Shown piece after piece: positions 49,534 to 59,863 of a stretch of 64,000 nucleotides of DNA (positions are counted from its first letter, which is position 1; every line of letters begins with the position of its first letter). Location of the stretch: NCBI GenBank assembly GCA_963675755.2, contig CAXXMD010000002.1, forward strand, positions 1,312,001-1,376,000, given 5' to 3'. The DNA comes from a bacterium. GTDB lineage: Bacteria > Zhuqueibacterota > Zhuqueibacteria > Residuimicrobiales > Krinioviventaceae. A program made the translations under genes and the position numbers. The notes under the pieces are model-generated. The model ran no database searches, was not told the DNA's origin, and saw only the letters and a program-made list of their open reading frames with translations.

Positions 49534-50844
49534 CTACATTTCCCACAAATACTCTTTAAAGTCCTCAAAATCCTTGCCCATTTTTTCTGACAGTTTGGTG
49601 AGTACTTTTAATTTCTCGAGTGCATCGGGGAGTTGATACGCGGTATCAAGCGCGCGATTGACTATTTCCTGAAACTTGCCGGGATGCGCAGTTGAAAGCA
49701 CAATGGATGGAGTTTCAGTATTTCCAGCAATTGTTTTACGATACCTCTGCAACGCTTGTACTCCCACAGCCGTATGCGGATCAATTACATAGTCAAACTG
49801 ATCTTTGGTTTCCCTCATTGTTGCAAGAGTGGTTTCGTCATCAACCGTGGTGGTCCACAATTTATTTGTTATCGTATCATAATCGTCTTTGTAGAGCGCA
49901 CGAATACGTTCCCAGTTACTGGGATTCCCTACATCCATTGCATTGGACAAGGTGGCTACAGAAGGACGTGGACTGTATTCATGGGTTTCAAAGTACTCGG
50001 GGATCACACTGTTATTGTTAACAGCAGCAATATATTGTTTCACTGGCAAGCCCATTTCCCAGCCAAACAATCCGGCGGTCAAGTTGCCAAAATTACCGCT
50101 TGGTACACAAACCACAACATCCGATTTACGTTGGGCATATACCTGGAGAACACTCCAGAAATAATAAAAGGATTGTGGTATCAACCGTCCGATATTGATA
50201 GAATTGGCAGAACTGAGGGTCATTTTATCACGGAGGTCCTTGTCCGCAAAAGCTTTTTTCACCAGTGCCTGACAATCGTCAAAAGTACCGTCAATTTCAA
50301 GGGCCTGAATATTATCACCCAGTGTAGTAAATTGTTTTTCCTGCAAGGGACTCACTTTACCGGAAGGATAAAGCAACACAATCCGTACTCCCGGTACGTT
50401 ATGGTATGCATGCGCTACCGCACTGCCGGTATCACCGGAGGTTGCAACCAGAATTGTTATCTCGCGGTGTTCATGCTGTACAAAATAAGACATGGAACGC
50501 GCCATAAACTGGGCACCAAAATCCTTGAACGACAAGGTAGGTCCATGAAATAATTCGAGTATTTGGGTATGCTCGTCAAGCGTATAAAGTTCAGGCGCAA
50601 AATGATAGGCGTTATTAATTATCTCTTCCAGGCCGGATTGAGGTATCTCGTCCAGCAGATATTTACCTGCCACAGCAAGGGCAAGTTCTTTATAGCTATA
50701 GGAAGACCAGGATAACAACTCATCACGCGATACCGATGGCAGCTGCACCGGCATATATAGTCCACGATCTTTGGCCTGTCCCTGAAACAAGGCATCATGA
50801 AAACTGACAATATGTGAAGAATCTTGAGTACTGTATAATTTCAT
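49534..50844 (-). CDS. thrC: Threonine synthase
   Basis: LELFHGPTLSFKDFG, ATSGDTG, SANSINIGRL, VPSGNFGN, DPHTA, TAHPGKF. Confidence 0.95.
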   Translation of the reverse strand: MKLYSTQDSSHIVSFHDALFQGQAKDRGLYMPVQLPSVSRDELLSWSSYSYKELALAVAGKYLLDEIPQSGLEEIINNAYHFAPELYTLDEHTQILELFHGPTLSFKDFGAQFMARSMSYFVQHEHREITILVATSGDTGSAVAHAYHNVPGVRIVLLYPSGKVSPLQEKQFTTLGDNIQALEIDGTFDDCQALVKKAFADKDLRDKMTLSSANSINIGRLIPQSFYYFWSVLQVYAQRKSDVVVCVPSGNFGNLTAGLFGWEMGLPVKQYIAAVNNNSVIPEYFETHEYSPRPSVATLSNAMDVGNPSNWERIRALYKDDYDTITNKLWTTTVDDETTLATMRETKDQFDYVIDPHTAVGVQALQRYRKTIAGNTETPSIVLSTAHPGKFQEIVNRALDTAYQLPDALEKLKVLTKLSEKMGKDFEDFKEYLWEM

Positions 50845-50861
50845 TTGGTTCTAATTCCGTT

Positions 50862-53300
50862 TTATGATAAATGAAAAGCAAGACTGATTATATCTGCAAA
50901 CACACCACCGGCGGTCACTTCACGTCCGGCTCCGGGGCCCTGCACAATGAGCGGATTTTCGTTATACCGTTCAGTCGTGATCTGGATTATATTGTCCGTA
51001 GCACCGGATTGAGCAAGTGCGCTGCTCAAAGGAACTTCTTCAACAGCTACACGACAGCCGTCTTTATCCAACTTTGCAATATATCGCAAAGCCATGCCTT
51101 TTTTTTCCGCTTCCTGTCTGCGTTTTTCAAAGGGTTCATCAACAGATGGCAACTTTTCCCAAAATTCTGGTAAAGTTATATCTGTAAAATCATCTGTAAG
51201 CAAAGATTGTACTTTAACATTATCCAGTTCCATTTTCAAACCAATCTCACGTCCCAGAATCAGTAATTTACGTCCTACATCCATACCTGAAAGGTCATCA
51301 CGTGGATCCGGTTCGGTAAATCCTTTGTCATGCGCTTCCTTGACCACCTCACTAAAAGAACGATCTTTGGAAATGGTATTGAACAAATAGCTCATAGTTC
51401 CGGAGAGGATACCTTCAATCTTGTAAATCTTGTCACCACTGTTGAGCAGATTTTTTATGGTACCAATCAATGGCAAGCCCGCACCCACAGTAGTTTCGTA
51501 ATAATAGTGTAAACGATGATCTTTAACAAGGTCCATGATCTTGTCGTAATAATCCTGTTCCATGGTATTGGCTTTTTTATTAGGAGTTACGATATGGATA
51601 CCGGAAGAAATAATGGCTTCATAATAACTGGCAATGGTTGTGCTTGCAGTTACATCTACCAGAATTGAATTTGCAAGCTCAAGGCTATGGATCTGCTCAA
51701 GCAGTTGTTTGAGTGAAAAAGCATCTTTGGAATTGTCCAACTGCTCACGCCAATTATCAAGATTAATGCCTTTTTCATTAAAGATCATCCGCTTGCTGTT
51801 GGTAATACCGCAAATATTTAAATGCAGATTATTTTCAGAAACGAGCTGCGCCTGTTTTTCACGGATTTGCTCAATCAGGGTTGTACCGATAGATCCGGCA
51901 CCAATAATAAATACATTAGAAATGCGATGGGACAGATAAAATGCGCTATGCATTACATTAACCGCTTTTTCCGCCTCTCCCTTGTTGACCACAAGCGATA
52001 CATTCCTCTCACTCGATCCCTGTGCAATTGCACGCACATTGACCGAGTTTCTTCCCAATGCGCCAAACAACTTGCCGGAAATACCCGGAGTACCGGCCAT
52101 GTTTTCTCCAACAGCAGCAATAATTGACAAATCATCGGTGCGGTCAATCTTGTCGATTTTACCGGAAAACAATTCAGCTTCAAATTCCAGTTCAAGCGTC
52201 TTGCATGCATCCTTGGCCTGAGAAGAAAGAATAGCAAAACTGATGCTATGTTCAGAAGAAGCCTGGGTTATCATTACAACATTAATATTCTGTCTTGCCA
52301 GAGCGCTAAAAAGTCTACCCGCTATACCGGGCACACCAACCATACCTCCACCCTGTAAGTTAATGAGAGAAATCCCATTAAACGATGCAATTCCTTTGAC
52401 CGGATGTTCAAAATCGCCCTTGTCCGGTGAGATAACCGTTCCGGGATTATCAGGAGCAAAGCTATTTTTGATCAATACAGGAATATCTTTTTTTATAGCC
52501 GGTACCATAGTTTGTGGGTGGATCACTTTGGCACCGAAATAAGACAATTCCATTGCCTCTTCATAACTCACACGCGGTAAAACAAAAGCGTCTTTTACCA
52601 TACGTGGGTCAGCGCTCATAAATCCGTCAACATCTGTCCAAATTTCAATTTGGTCCACCTGAAGTGCAGCACCAAACAAGGATGCGGTATAATCAGATCC
52701 GCCACGTCCCAAAGTTGTGGTAATGCCTTCACCAGTTGAACCAATAAAGCCTGTTACTATATATATTTTATTTTCAGTAATACGATTTTTAATGGCCTTG
52801 TAAGATTCTTCAAATAAAACACGGGCACCGCCATGTACATTATTTGTAAATAAAACCTCTCGTGAATCGAGATATTCTGCGTCAAAACCTCTGTCAATCA
52901 GCAATTGTGTCATGAGCTGACAATTAAAACGTTCACCAAAACTGACGGTGTAATCCATGGTCCTTAATGAACATTCATGTACCAGGCTGACACCCTTTAA
53001 CAAGTCATACAATTCGGTAAACATGGCTTCAACGGATTCATCAATCGATTTGTTCTTCAGTTCGTTGGGGTAAACCTGCTGGTGTTTCTCCCGAATCTGT
53101 TGCAGATATTCTCTGCCTTTATTTCCATCTTTTTCAGCAGTTTGCGCTGCCTGAATGAGCATATCGGTAATACCGCCGATTGCAGAAAGTACCACAACCA
53201 GTGGACCTTTATTGAAATTGGATGTTACAATATCTGCAACATTATTCACTCGTTCACGTGTAGCAAGGGACGATCCGCCAAATTTCATAACTTTTAACAT
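50862..53300 (-). CDS. thrA: Bifunctional aspartokinase/homoserine dehydrogenase
   Basis: KFGGSS, LGRGGSDYTA, two ACT domains, GAGSIG, YETTVGAGLP, EPDPRDDL. Confidence 0.95.
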   Translation of the reverse strand: MLKVMKFGGSSLATRERVNNVADIVTSNFNKGPLVVVLSAIGGITDMLIQAAQTAEKDGNKGREYLQQIREKHQQVYPNELKNKSIDESVEAMFTELYDLLKGVSLVHECSLRTMDYTVSFGERFNCQLMTQLLIDRGFDAEYLDSREVLFTNNVHGGARVLFEESYKAIKNRITENKIYIVTGFIGSTGEGITTTLGRGGSDYTASLFGAALQVDQIEIWTDVDGFMSADPRMVKDAFVLPRVSYEEAMELSYFGAKVIHPQTMVPAIKKDIPVLIKNSFAPDNPGTVISPDKGDFEHPVKGIASFNGISLINLQGGGMVGVPGIAGRLFSALARQNINVVMITQASSEHSISFAILSSQAKDACKTLELEFEAELFSGKIDKIDRTDDLSIIAAVGENMAGTPGISGKLFGALGRNSVNVRAIAQGSSERNVSLVVNKGEAEKAVNVMHSAFYLSHRISNVFIIGAGSIGTTLIEQIREKQAQLVSENNLHLNICGITNSKRMIFNEKGINLDNWREQLDNSKDAFSLKQLLEQIHSLELANSILVDVTASTTIASYYEAIISSGIHIVTPNKKANTMEQDYYDKIMDLVKDHRLHYYYETTVGAGLPLIGTIKNLLNSGDKIYKIEGILSGTMSYLFNTISKDRSFSEVVKEAHDKGFTEPDPRDDLSGMDVGRKLLILGREIGLKMELDNVKVQSLLTDDFTDITLPEFWEKLPSVDEPFEKRRQEAEKKGMALRYIAKLDKDGCRVAVEEVPLSSALAQSGATDNIIQITTERYNENPLIVQGPGAGREVTAGGVFADIISLAFHLS

Positions 53301-53501
53301 ATGCTTGTTCCTTTATATCCAGACAGTAAAACTAGTTTTTTTAAAACATTCCATTACTGAATTTAAATTCCGGTTAATTAAAAAATAATAAACCCTGATA
53401 AAATTGTATACTGTGTCGGTTGTCCACACTTGGGTATGAAAAAGGCACAAAACCTGTGCCTCAAATTTTCAGGGGAGTTGGAACATTAAATTTTGACTTT
53501 T

Positions 53502-53530
53502 AATTTAGTTCGAATCTGTAAAAATGTCAA
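53502..53530 (-). promoter_or_regulatory. sigma70-type promoter for thrAC
   Basis: TTGACA-N17-TAAATT. Confidence 0.6.
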
Positions 53531-53576
53531 GTAAAAAAATAAAAACTTGATTGATGAAATTTGAGGAAGGAATTAA

Positions 53577-53596
53577 GCCCGGAAAAATTTCCGGGC
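53577..53596 (-). terminator. Hairpin after the acyl-CoA dehydrogenase gene
   Basis: GCCCGGAAA-aa-TTTCCGGGC; weak U-tract. Confidence 0.5.
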
Positions 53597-53605
53597 CATT
53601 AAAAT

Positions 53606-54766
53606 TTATCTACCAGCTTTTGCAGCTTCACGAATGAGTTTTGCTGCAACCACACCACGCTGGATCTGGTTTGTGCCTTCATAGATCTGGGTGATCTTGG
53701 CGTCACGCATATACTTTTCAATAGGATAATCTTTCATATATCCATAACCACCAAAGATTTGTACAGCATCGGTGGTAACTTTCATGGCAACATCTCCGGC
53801 AAAAAGTTTAGCCATTGCAGATTCTTTACCAAAATCTTTAATACCCGCATCAACCATCTTTGCAGTACCATACACCAATGCGCGTGCGGCTTCAACCTGG
53901 GTTGCCATATCGGCAAGCATAAACTGAATTGCCTGAAATGAAGAAATACTTTGGCCAAACTGTTTACGTTCTCTTGAATAACGAACAGCATGGTCCAGCG
54001 CACCTGCGGCAATACCAACAGCCTGAGCTGCAACACCAGGACGGGATTTATCAAGAGTCTTCATAGCAACCATAAAACCCTGACCCTCTTTACCAATCAA
54101 ATTTTCTTTGGGGATTCTACAATCCTGGAATACAACTTCACAAGTTGCTGAAGCACGGATACCCATTTTGTCTTCTTTTTTTCCGAATTCAAGACCGGGA
54201 GTTCCTTCTTCTACTATAAACGCAGAAGCACCGCGAGATCCTTTTGTGGGATCTGTCTGAGCAATGACCGTATAATATTTTGCAACACCACCATTGGTAA
54301 TAAAATGTTTGGTGCCGTTGAGGACATAATAATCACCATCTTTTTTAGCAGTGGTCTGAATACCACCAGCATCTGAACCAGCTTCAGGTTCAGTTAAACA
54401 AAAAGCGGCTAAAGCTTCGCCGCTGGCAAGATCCGGCAAGTATTTTTTCTTTTGCTCATCATTACCGGAAATCAGTACGGGAAAGGTCCCAAGGGCGGTA
54501 CCTGCCAGCGCCAGTGCAATACCTCCGCATGCTTTGGAAAATTCTTCGGTTACCAGCGCCATCTCGGTAATACCACCACCAAGACCTTCATATTCTTCAG
54601 GAATCCATAAACGAAAGAAATCCATACGAGCCATTTCTTTTACAACCGGCCATGGGAATTCAGCTTTTGCATCATATTCGGCGGCAACCGGCGCGATTTT
54701 GCCCTGGGCAAATTCACGCGCAAGCTCTTGAAAGGCTTCCTGTTCTTCTGTTAAAAAATAATTCAT
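53606..54766 (-). CDS. Acyl-CoA dehydrogenase (butyryl-CoA type)
   Basis: FCLTEPEAGSDA, GTKHFITNG, KEDKMGIRAS, QIFGGYGY, IYEGTNQIQR. Confidence 0.92.
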   Translation of the reverse strand: MNYFLTEEQEAFQELAREFAQGKIAPVAAEYDAKAEFPWPVVKEMARMDFFRLWIPEEYEGLGGGITEMALVTEEFSKACGGIALALAGTALGTFPVLISGNDEQKKKYLPDLASGEALAAFCLTEPEAGSDAGGIQTTAKKDGDYYVLNGTKHFITNGGVAKYYTVIAQTDPTKGSRGASAFIVEEGTPGLEFGKKEDKMGIRASATCEVVFQDCRIPKENLIGKEGQGFMVAMKTLDKSRPGVAAQAVGIAAGALDHAVRYSRERKQFGQSISSFQAIQFMLADMATQVEAARALVYGTAKMVDAGIKDFGKESAMAKLFAGDVAMKVTTDAVQIFGGYGYMKDYPIEKYMRDAKITQIYEGTNQIQRGVVAAKLIREAAKAGR

Positions 54767-54778
54767 AACCCAATCCTC

Positions 54779-55534
54779 TTAGATAACATTCATAGATAAT
54801 AAAGATTCTTTTGCGGCCTGCTGTTCTGCATCCTTTTTAGAATGTCCCTTACCTACTCCTTGTTTTTTACCATCAATTACAGCAGCAACAGTAAAAACTT
54901 TGAGATGATCAGGACCGTTTTCTTCTTCTATTACGTATCTCGGACCTTTAAGGTTAAAGCTCTGGCAATATTCCTGAAGGATACTTTTGTAATTCTTGTG
55001 CTGTCCCTTTTTTAATATTTCATCCAGCCGAACCGCAATATGTTTCAAAACAAATCGTTTTGCGTTTTCCAATCCACCATCAAGATAAATAGCTCCAATA
55101 ATGGCTTCAACCGCATCAGAAAGAATGGATTCACGTTTTCTTCCACCTGAACGTTCTTCCGCTTCGTTCAACAGCATATACTTGCCTAATCCAAAATCCT
55201 TACCCACTCGAGACAATACTTTGCGATTAACCAGCAATGACTTGTAATTGGTAAGGATCCCTTCTTCCTCATGGGGGTATTTGAGGTAAAGATATTCAGT
55301 GATAATAAGGCCAAGCACAGAATCTCCAAGCAATTCTAACCGTTCATTCGATTCGATTCGCTCTTCACCTGTACAGGTTAAATACGATCTGTGCTTAAGC
55401 GCTTGGGTCAAAATGTCGATGTTACTAAAATTATGATTTAAACGTACGCAAAGCTCTGATAATGAAACCTGAGAATGTTTTTCAAAACGCTTAATACGAA
55501 GCATTCTGAAAAACGACAAAAAATTACTATTCAT
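54779..55534 (-). CDS. rnc: Ribonuclease III
   Basis: NERLELLGDSVL, DAVEAIIGAIYLDGG, dsRBD ending SKKDAEQQAA. Confidence 0.95.
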   Translation of the reverse strand: MNSNFLSFFRMLRIKRFEKHSQVSLSELCVRLNHNFSNIDILTQALKHRSYLTCTGEERIESNERLELLGDSVLGLIITEYLYLKYPHEEEGILTNYKSLLVNRKVLSRVGKDFGLGKYMLLNEAEERSGGRKRESILSDAVEAIIGAIYLDGGLENAKRFVLKHIAVRLDEILKKGQHKNYKSILQEYCQSFNLKGPRYVIEEENGPDHLKVFTVAAVIDGKKQGVGKGHSKKDAEQQAAKESLLSMNVI

Positions 55535-55539
55535 AGAAA

Positions 55540-56784
55540 CTATTCTGCATACTTTTTGAACGCCAGACACACATTATGTCCGCCAAAGCCCAAAGAATTT
55601 GACAAAGCAACGTTCACTTGTTTTTCCAAAGGTTTATTGGGAACATAGTTTAAATCACAATCGGGGTCCGGAGTTGTATAATTGATTGTTGGATGTATTA
55701 TACTGTTTTGTATAGTTAACAAGGTTGCAATGGCTTCACACGCACCAGATGCACCCAGTAAATGTCCTATCATAGATTTAGTAGAACTGACATGCATTTT
55801 ATACGCATGTTCGCCAAAACAACTTTTTAATGCAGCTGTTTCAGTTTTATCATTCAGCGGTGTAGATGTACCATGAGCATTATAGTAATCTACGGTTTCC
55901 GGTTCAATTCCACCATCAGCCATTGCCAATTTCATCGCACGAACTGAACCTTCACCACCTGGTGCAGGCTGAGTTATATGATAAGCATCGGCAGTAAAAC
56001 CAGTACCTGCAATTTCACCATAAATTTTTGCACCTCGGGCTTTGGCATGTTCCAGTTCTTCAAGTAAAAGCACTGCGCCACCTTCACCCATTACAAAGCC
56101 ATCACGTTCAAGATCGAAAGGACGACTTGCAATTTCTGGTGCTTCATTTCTTGTTGAAATCGCTTTTGCGGAATTGAATCCTGCGATACCCATTTTATTA
56201 ATAGGTGCTTCACTACCACCAGCCAATACCGCATCTGCTTTTCCATAACGAATATGATGAAAAGCTTCACCGATTGCGTGTGATGAAGATGCACACGCAG
56301 AAATTGTAGAATAATTTACTCCTTTAAGACCATACAACATGGAAATGTAACCAGGGGCTATATCTGCTATCAGCATGGGAATAAATAAGGGACTAACCTT
56401 ACGGGGGCCGCCTTCTAACAATTTGGTGCATTCCTGTTCATAAGTGATCATACCTCCAATACCTGAAGATACAATAACACCAATGCGTTCTCTATCCGTT
56501 GATTCAAAATCAATACCGGAATCTTTGACTGCATCAATTGCAGAAGCCATGGCAAAATGGGTAAAACGGTCCATTCTGCGAGCTTCTCTTTTCTCAATAT
56601 AATTGGTTATATCAAAATCTTTAACTTCAGCGGCAAATTTAGTTTTAAAATCTGTTGCGTCAAAAAGAGTAATAGGGCCGACTCCACTTTTTCCTGCTAT
56701 CAGATTGTTCCAATACTCTTCGAGGTTTTGCCCTAAGGGATTAATCGTACCCATACCGGTTACGACTACTCTTTTTAATTCCAT
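55540..56784 (-). CDS. fabF: 3-oxoacyl-ACP synthase II
   Basis: SACASS, NAHGTST, KSMIGHLLGA, SNSLGFGGHN. Confidence 0.95.
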   Translation of the reverse strand: MELKRVVVTGMGTINPLGQNLEEYWNNLIAGKSGVGPITLFDATDFKTKFAAEVKDFDITNYIEKREARRMDRFTHFAMASAIDAVKDSGIDFESTDRERIGVIVSSGIGGMITYEQECTKLLEGGPRKVSPLFIPMLIADIAPGYISMLYGLKGVNYSTISACASSSHAIGEAFHHIRYGKADAVLAGGSEAPINKMGIAGFNSAKAISTRNEAPEIASRPFDLERDGFVMGEGGAVLLLEELEHAKARGAKIYGEIAGTGFTADAYHITQPAPGGEGSVRAMKLAMADGGIEPETVDYYNAHGTSTPLNDKTETAALKSCFGEHAYKMHVSSTKSMIGHLLGASGACEAIATLLTIQNSIIHPTINYTTPDPDCDLNYVPNKPLEKQVNVALSNSLGFGGHNVCLAFKKYAE

Positions 56785-56883
56785 ATTTTCCTCACTAATT
56801 GTGTTACTTGTAAGTAACTATTGAGATAATAAATGACAACAACGGGGTATAAATATACCACCGTTGTTGCTAAATAATCATCT

Positions 56884-57120
56884 CTAACTTTCCAGATTTG
56901 CTTTAAGGTATTTAAGTGCATCACCAACGCTGGTCAGTTTTTCAGCTTCTTCATCGGGGATTTCAAGGCCAAATTCTTCTTCAAATGCCATAACTAATTC
57001 TACGGTATCCAAAGAATCTGCACCTAAATCATCAATAAATGATGCTTCCGGGGTAACTTCACTTGCGTCAACACCCAACTGTTCAACGATGATTTCTTTT
57101 ACCTTATCTTCTACAGCCAT
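56884..57120 (-). CDS. acpP: Acyl carrier protein
   Basis: [14 protein letters not shown]. Confidence 0.97.
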   Translation of the reverse strand: MAVEDKVKEIIVEQLGVDASEVTPEASFIDDLGADSLDTVELVMAFEEEFGLEIPDEEAEKLTSVGDALKYLKANLES

Positions 57121-57160
57121 TTTTTCCTCCTGAATTAGGGTTTATTTCGTATTAACTTGT

Positions 57161-57904
57161 TTACATGACCATGCCGCCATCAACATTGATTACCTGTCCT
57201 GTTACATAATCTGACATAGGACTTGATAAAAACAATGTGATATTGGCAACATCTTCCGGGGTTCCCGGTTTTTTTAAGGGAATTACGTTTAAAAATGCTT
57301 CTTTTGCAGCATCTGAAAGTACATGGGTCATTTCGGTTTCAATGTAACCCGGTGCAATGGCATTTACTTGAATATTTCTTGAACCAAATTCTTTTGCAAC
57401 GGATTTTGTTAAACCAATAACACCAGCTTTTGATGCTGAATAGTTTGCTTGTCCGGCATTACCCATAACACCTACAACAGACGCCATGTTGATAATCTTT
57501 CCGGATCTCTGTTTCATCAAAGGCTTGGTAGCTGCCTTGATACAGTTAAAAGTACCTTTAAGATTAACCTCAATTACAGAATCCCATGAAGCTTCATCCA
57601 TACGCATGATGAGATTATCACGGGTAATTCCGGCATTGTTAACCAGAATATCGAATTTACCAAAAGCATCTATGGACTGTTTTACAAGTTCTTCGGCATC
57701 TGCCAAACTTGCAACATTGGTTTTAACAGCTATTGCTTTTTGTCCCAATGCTTCAATTTCTTTTGCACATGCTTTAGCGCCATCCAAATCAATATCAGAC
57801 ACTACAATATCGCAGCCTTCAGATGCAAGCTTGAGACATATAGATTTCCCAATGCCTCTTGCACCACCTGTAACAATGGCTACTTTATTTTCCAATTGTT
57901 TCAC
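57161..57904 (-). CDS. fabG: 3-oxoacyl-ACP reductase
   Basis: TGGARGIG, NNAGITRD, YSASK. Confidence 0.95.
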   Translation of the reverse strand: MKQLENKVAIVTGGARGIGKSICLKLASEGCDIVVSDIDLDGAKACAKEIEALGQKAIAVKTNVASLADAEELVKQSIDAFGKFDILVNNAGITRDNLIMRMDEASWDSVIEVNLKGTFNCIKAATKPLMKQRSGKIINMASVVGVMGNAGQANYSASKAGVIGLTKSVAKEFGSRNIQVNAIAPGYIETEMTHVLSDAAKEAFLNVIPLKKPGTPEDVANITLFLSSPMSDYVTGQVINVDGGMVM

Positions 57905-57907
57905 GAT

Positions 57908-58831
57908 TTATTCCTCTTGTGCTTGTATTTGTTCTAAACTGCTTATAGTAACGGTAGATAAAGTGCGATCAATGCGTCTGTTCAAACCGGTTAATACATT
58001 ACCGGGACCAACTTCATAAAAGGTTTCAACGCCATTCTTGGCCATTTCCTGTATAGTCTGGGTCCATAATACGGGACTAGACAGTTGACTGGCTAATAAT
58101 TTTCTAATTTCTGCTACATCGTTGGCTTTTTTGGCAGTTACGTTTGAGTAAAGATCAATTTGCGGTTCTTTAAAATCAACAGCATCCAGATGTTGATTAA
58201 ATTCATCCAATGCCGGCTCCATTAATGGTGAATGAAACGCTCCACTTACCTTGAGTTCAATTGCTCGTTTGGCACCATTTTCCTGTGCCAGTTGAATTGC
58301 AGCTTGCACACCTTCAATAGTACCAGAAATAACAACCTGCCCAGGAGAATTGTAATTTGCTACGCCAACAACACCATTATCGGATGCTTGTTTACAAACA
58401 GCTTCAACCTGCTCAGTTTCCATTCCAATAATAGCAGCCATGGTACCTTTTTGATAATCAGATGCATTTTGCATCAATGTTCCACGCTTTTGAACAATTT
58501 CCAAACCACTTTTAAAATCAAGAGAACCGGCAGCGGCAAGAGCGGAAAATTCGCCCAAACTGTGTCCAGCAACCATACTGGGTTTAACATTTCGTTCAGA
58601 TAAAAGTTCAAACATAATAAAACTATGAACAAAAATTGCCGGTTGCGTAAAGCTGGTGATGTTTAATTGATCTTCCGGTCCATTGAAACACAATTCTGCC
58701 AGATCATATCCTAAAATATCACTGGCCTGTTGAAAGCGTTCTCGAACAGAATCGAATGCATCATACACATCCTTACCCATTCCAACAAACTGGGAACCTT
58801 GTCCCGGAAATATAAAAGCTAATTTACTCAA
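57908..58831 (-). CDS. fabD: Malonyl-CoA:ACP transacylase
   Basis: FPGQGSQ, GHSLGE, SGAFHS. Confidence 0.95.
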   Translation of the reverse strand: MSKLAFIFPGQGSQFVGMGKDVYDAFDSVRERFQQASDILGYDLAELCFNGPEDQLNITSFTQPAIFVHSFIMFELLSERNVKPSMVAGHSLGEFSALAAAGSLDFKSGLEIVQKRGTLMQNASDYQKGTMAAIIGMETEQVEAVCKQASDNGVVGVANYNSPGQVVISGTIEGVQAAIQLAQENGAKRAIELKVSGAFHSPLMEPALDEFNQHLDAVDFKEPQIDLYSNVTAKKANDVAEIRKLLASQLSSPVLWTQTIQEMAKNGVETFYEVGPGNVLTGLNRRIDRTLSTVTISSLEQIQAQEE

Positions 58832-59850
58832 AGAGAGCCACCTACCTGTTGTCTGAGTTTTTCTCGTTCCAACCTTAGTTCCTTAATATGTGCCAAGGCT
58901 TGAAAATACAAGTTTTTATTTTTCAATGCAATTGCTTTTTGAAACTCTTTTTCTGCGCTGTCAAAGTCGCCAACAACCTGATATGCCAGTCCCAAATTGT
59001 AATGAGCTTTGGGATCTTGGGGAGTTTGTTTCACAGCTGCTTTAAAAGCATCGAGCGCTTCATCCCACAATCCGTTTTTAGCATATTGCACGCCCATTTT
59101 AACCATACCTTTACCATCTTCAAGTTGATGTTTTTCCTGAACCAGGTGAGGCGCAATCTGGTGAGCAAATTCTTTAACCATCTCTGACATTAAATCATTT
59201 AAAATTGCGTCACGGGCTTTTAAATCTCCACGTCCATTAACAATTTTACCACTGTTGTAAGATTCGCTTTTAGCATTAGATGCTAAAAGTTCTCCGGTTT
59301 CAACATTTACCATTCTAAAAGTAACGGCTGCGGTACCGCGTCTTATCTTGTATTCCTGATCAACCAGAACTGTTTTTGTAATTTCTTCTCTTACTTTTTT
59401 ATCATTTTTAGTAACCACACGGTATTTACCTGTGCCTACTTTTTTCTGCACTTTTTCCCTGCCAACTTCATCGGGTTCTACACGATAAGTAACTACATCT
59501 CCAAAGATTAACCCATCTACGCCCAACAACTGACCAACCTGGCGCGCCGTTGATTCATCAATCACACCGGTCATGGCAAGTTCATGTTCTTTTAATATTT
59601 GATCAACCTTACTGCGTTCAAATATTTGAAAAAACTTGCTGTTCAACAACTCTGTTGTAAGCATGCTTGATGCAAGTGTGCCGGAATTTTCAGGGCCTGA
59701 GAAATCGAGAATTGCAATTTTCTTAATTCCCTTAATGTCAATTTCTGCGGGTTTATAAACAGGCAAGTTGACAACGGTTGGAGCACAGCCGGTGAGAAAC
59801 AATAAAATTGAAAAAAATAAAATAAATACAGATTTTACCTTCATAATCAT
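58828..59850 (-). CDS. CsgG/LpoB-like lipoprotein with C-terminal TPRs
   Basis: Lipobox LTGC; KIAILDF, FERSKVDQILKE, GQLLGVDGLIFG, RMVNVETGE; AHYNLG TPR. Confidence 0.75.
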   Translation of the reverse strand: MIMKVKSVFILFFSILLFLTGCAPTVVNLPVYKPAEIDIKGIKKIAILDFSGPENSGTLASSMLTTELLNSKFFQIFERSKVDQILKEHELAMTGVIDESTARQVGQLLGVDGLIFGDVVTYRVEPDEVGREKVQKKVGTGKYRVVTKNDKKVREEITKTVLVDQEYKIRRGTAAVTFRMVNVETGELLASNAKSESYNSGKIVNGRGDLKARDAILNDLMSEMVKEFAHQIAPHLVQEKHQLEDGKGMVKMGVQYAKNGLWDEALDAFKAAVKQTPQDPKAHYNLGLAYQVVGDFDSAEKEFQKAIALKNKNLYFQALAHIKELRLEREKLRQQVGGSL

Positions 59851-59863
59851 TTTCCTGAATTTA

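Noticed and set aside
53410-53435. T-box-like sequence AAGTGTGGACAACCG in the thrA leader
   Set aside because: Poor match to the GGTGG.ACC consensus, with no specifier stem or downstream terminator in the right order.
56836-56870. Hairpin between acpP and fabF
   Set aside because: Ordinary partial terminator or stabiliser expected after highly expressed acpP.
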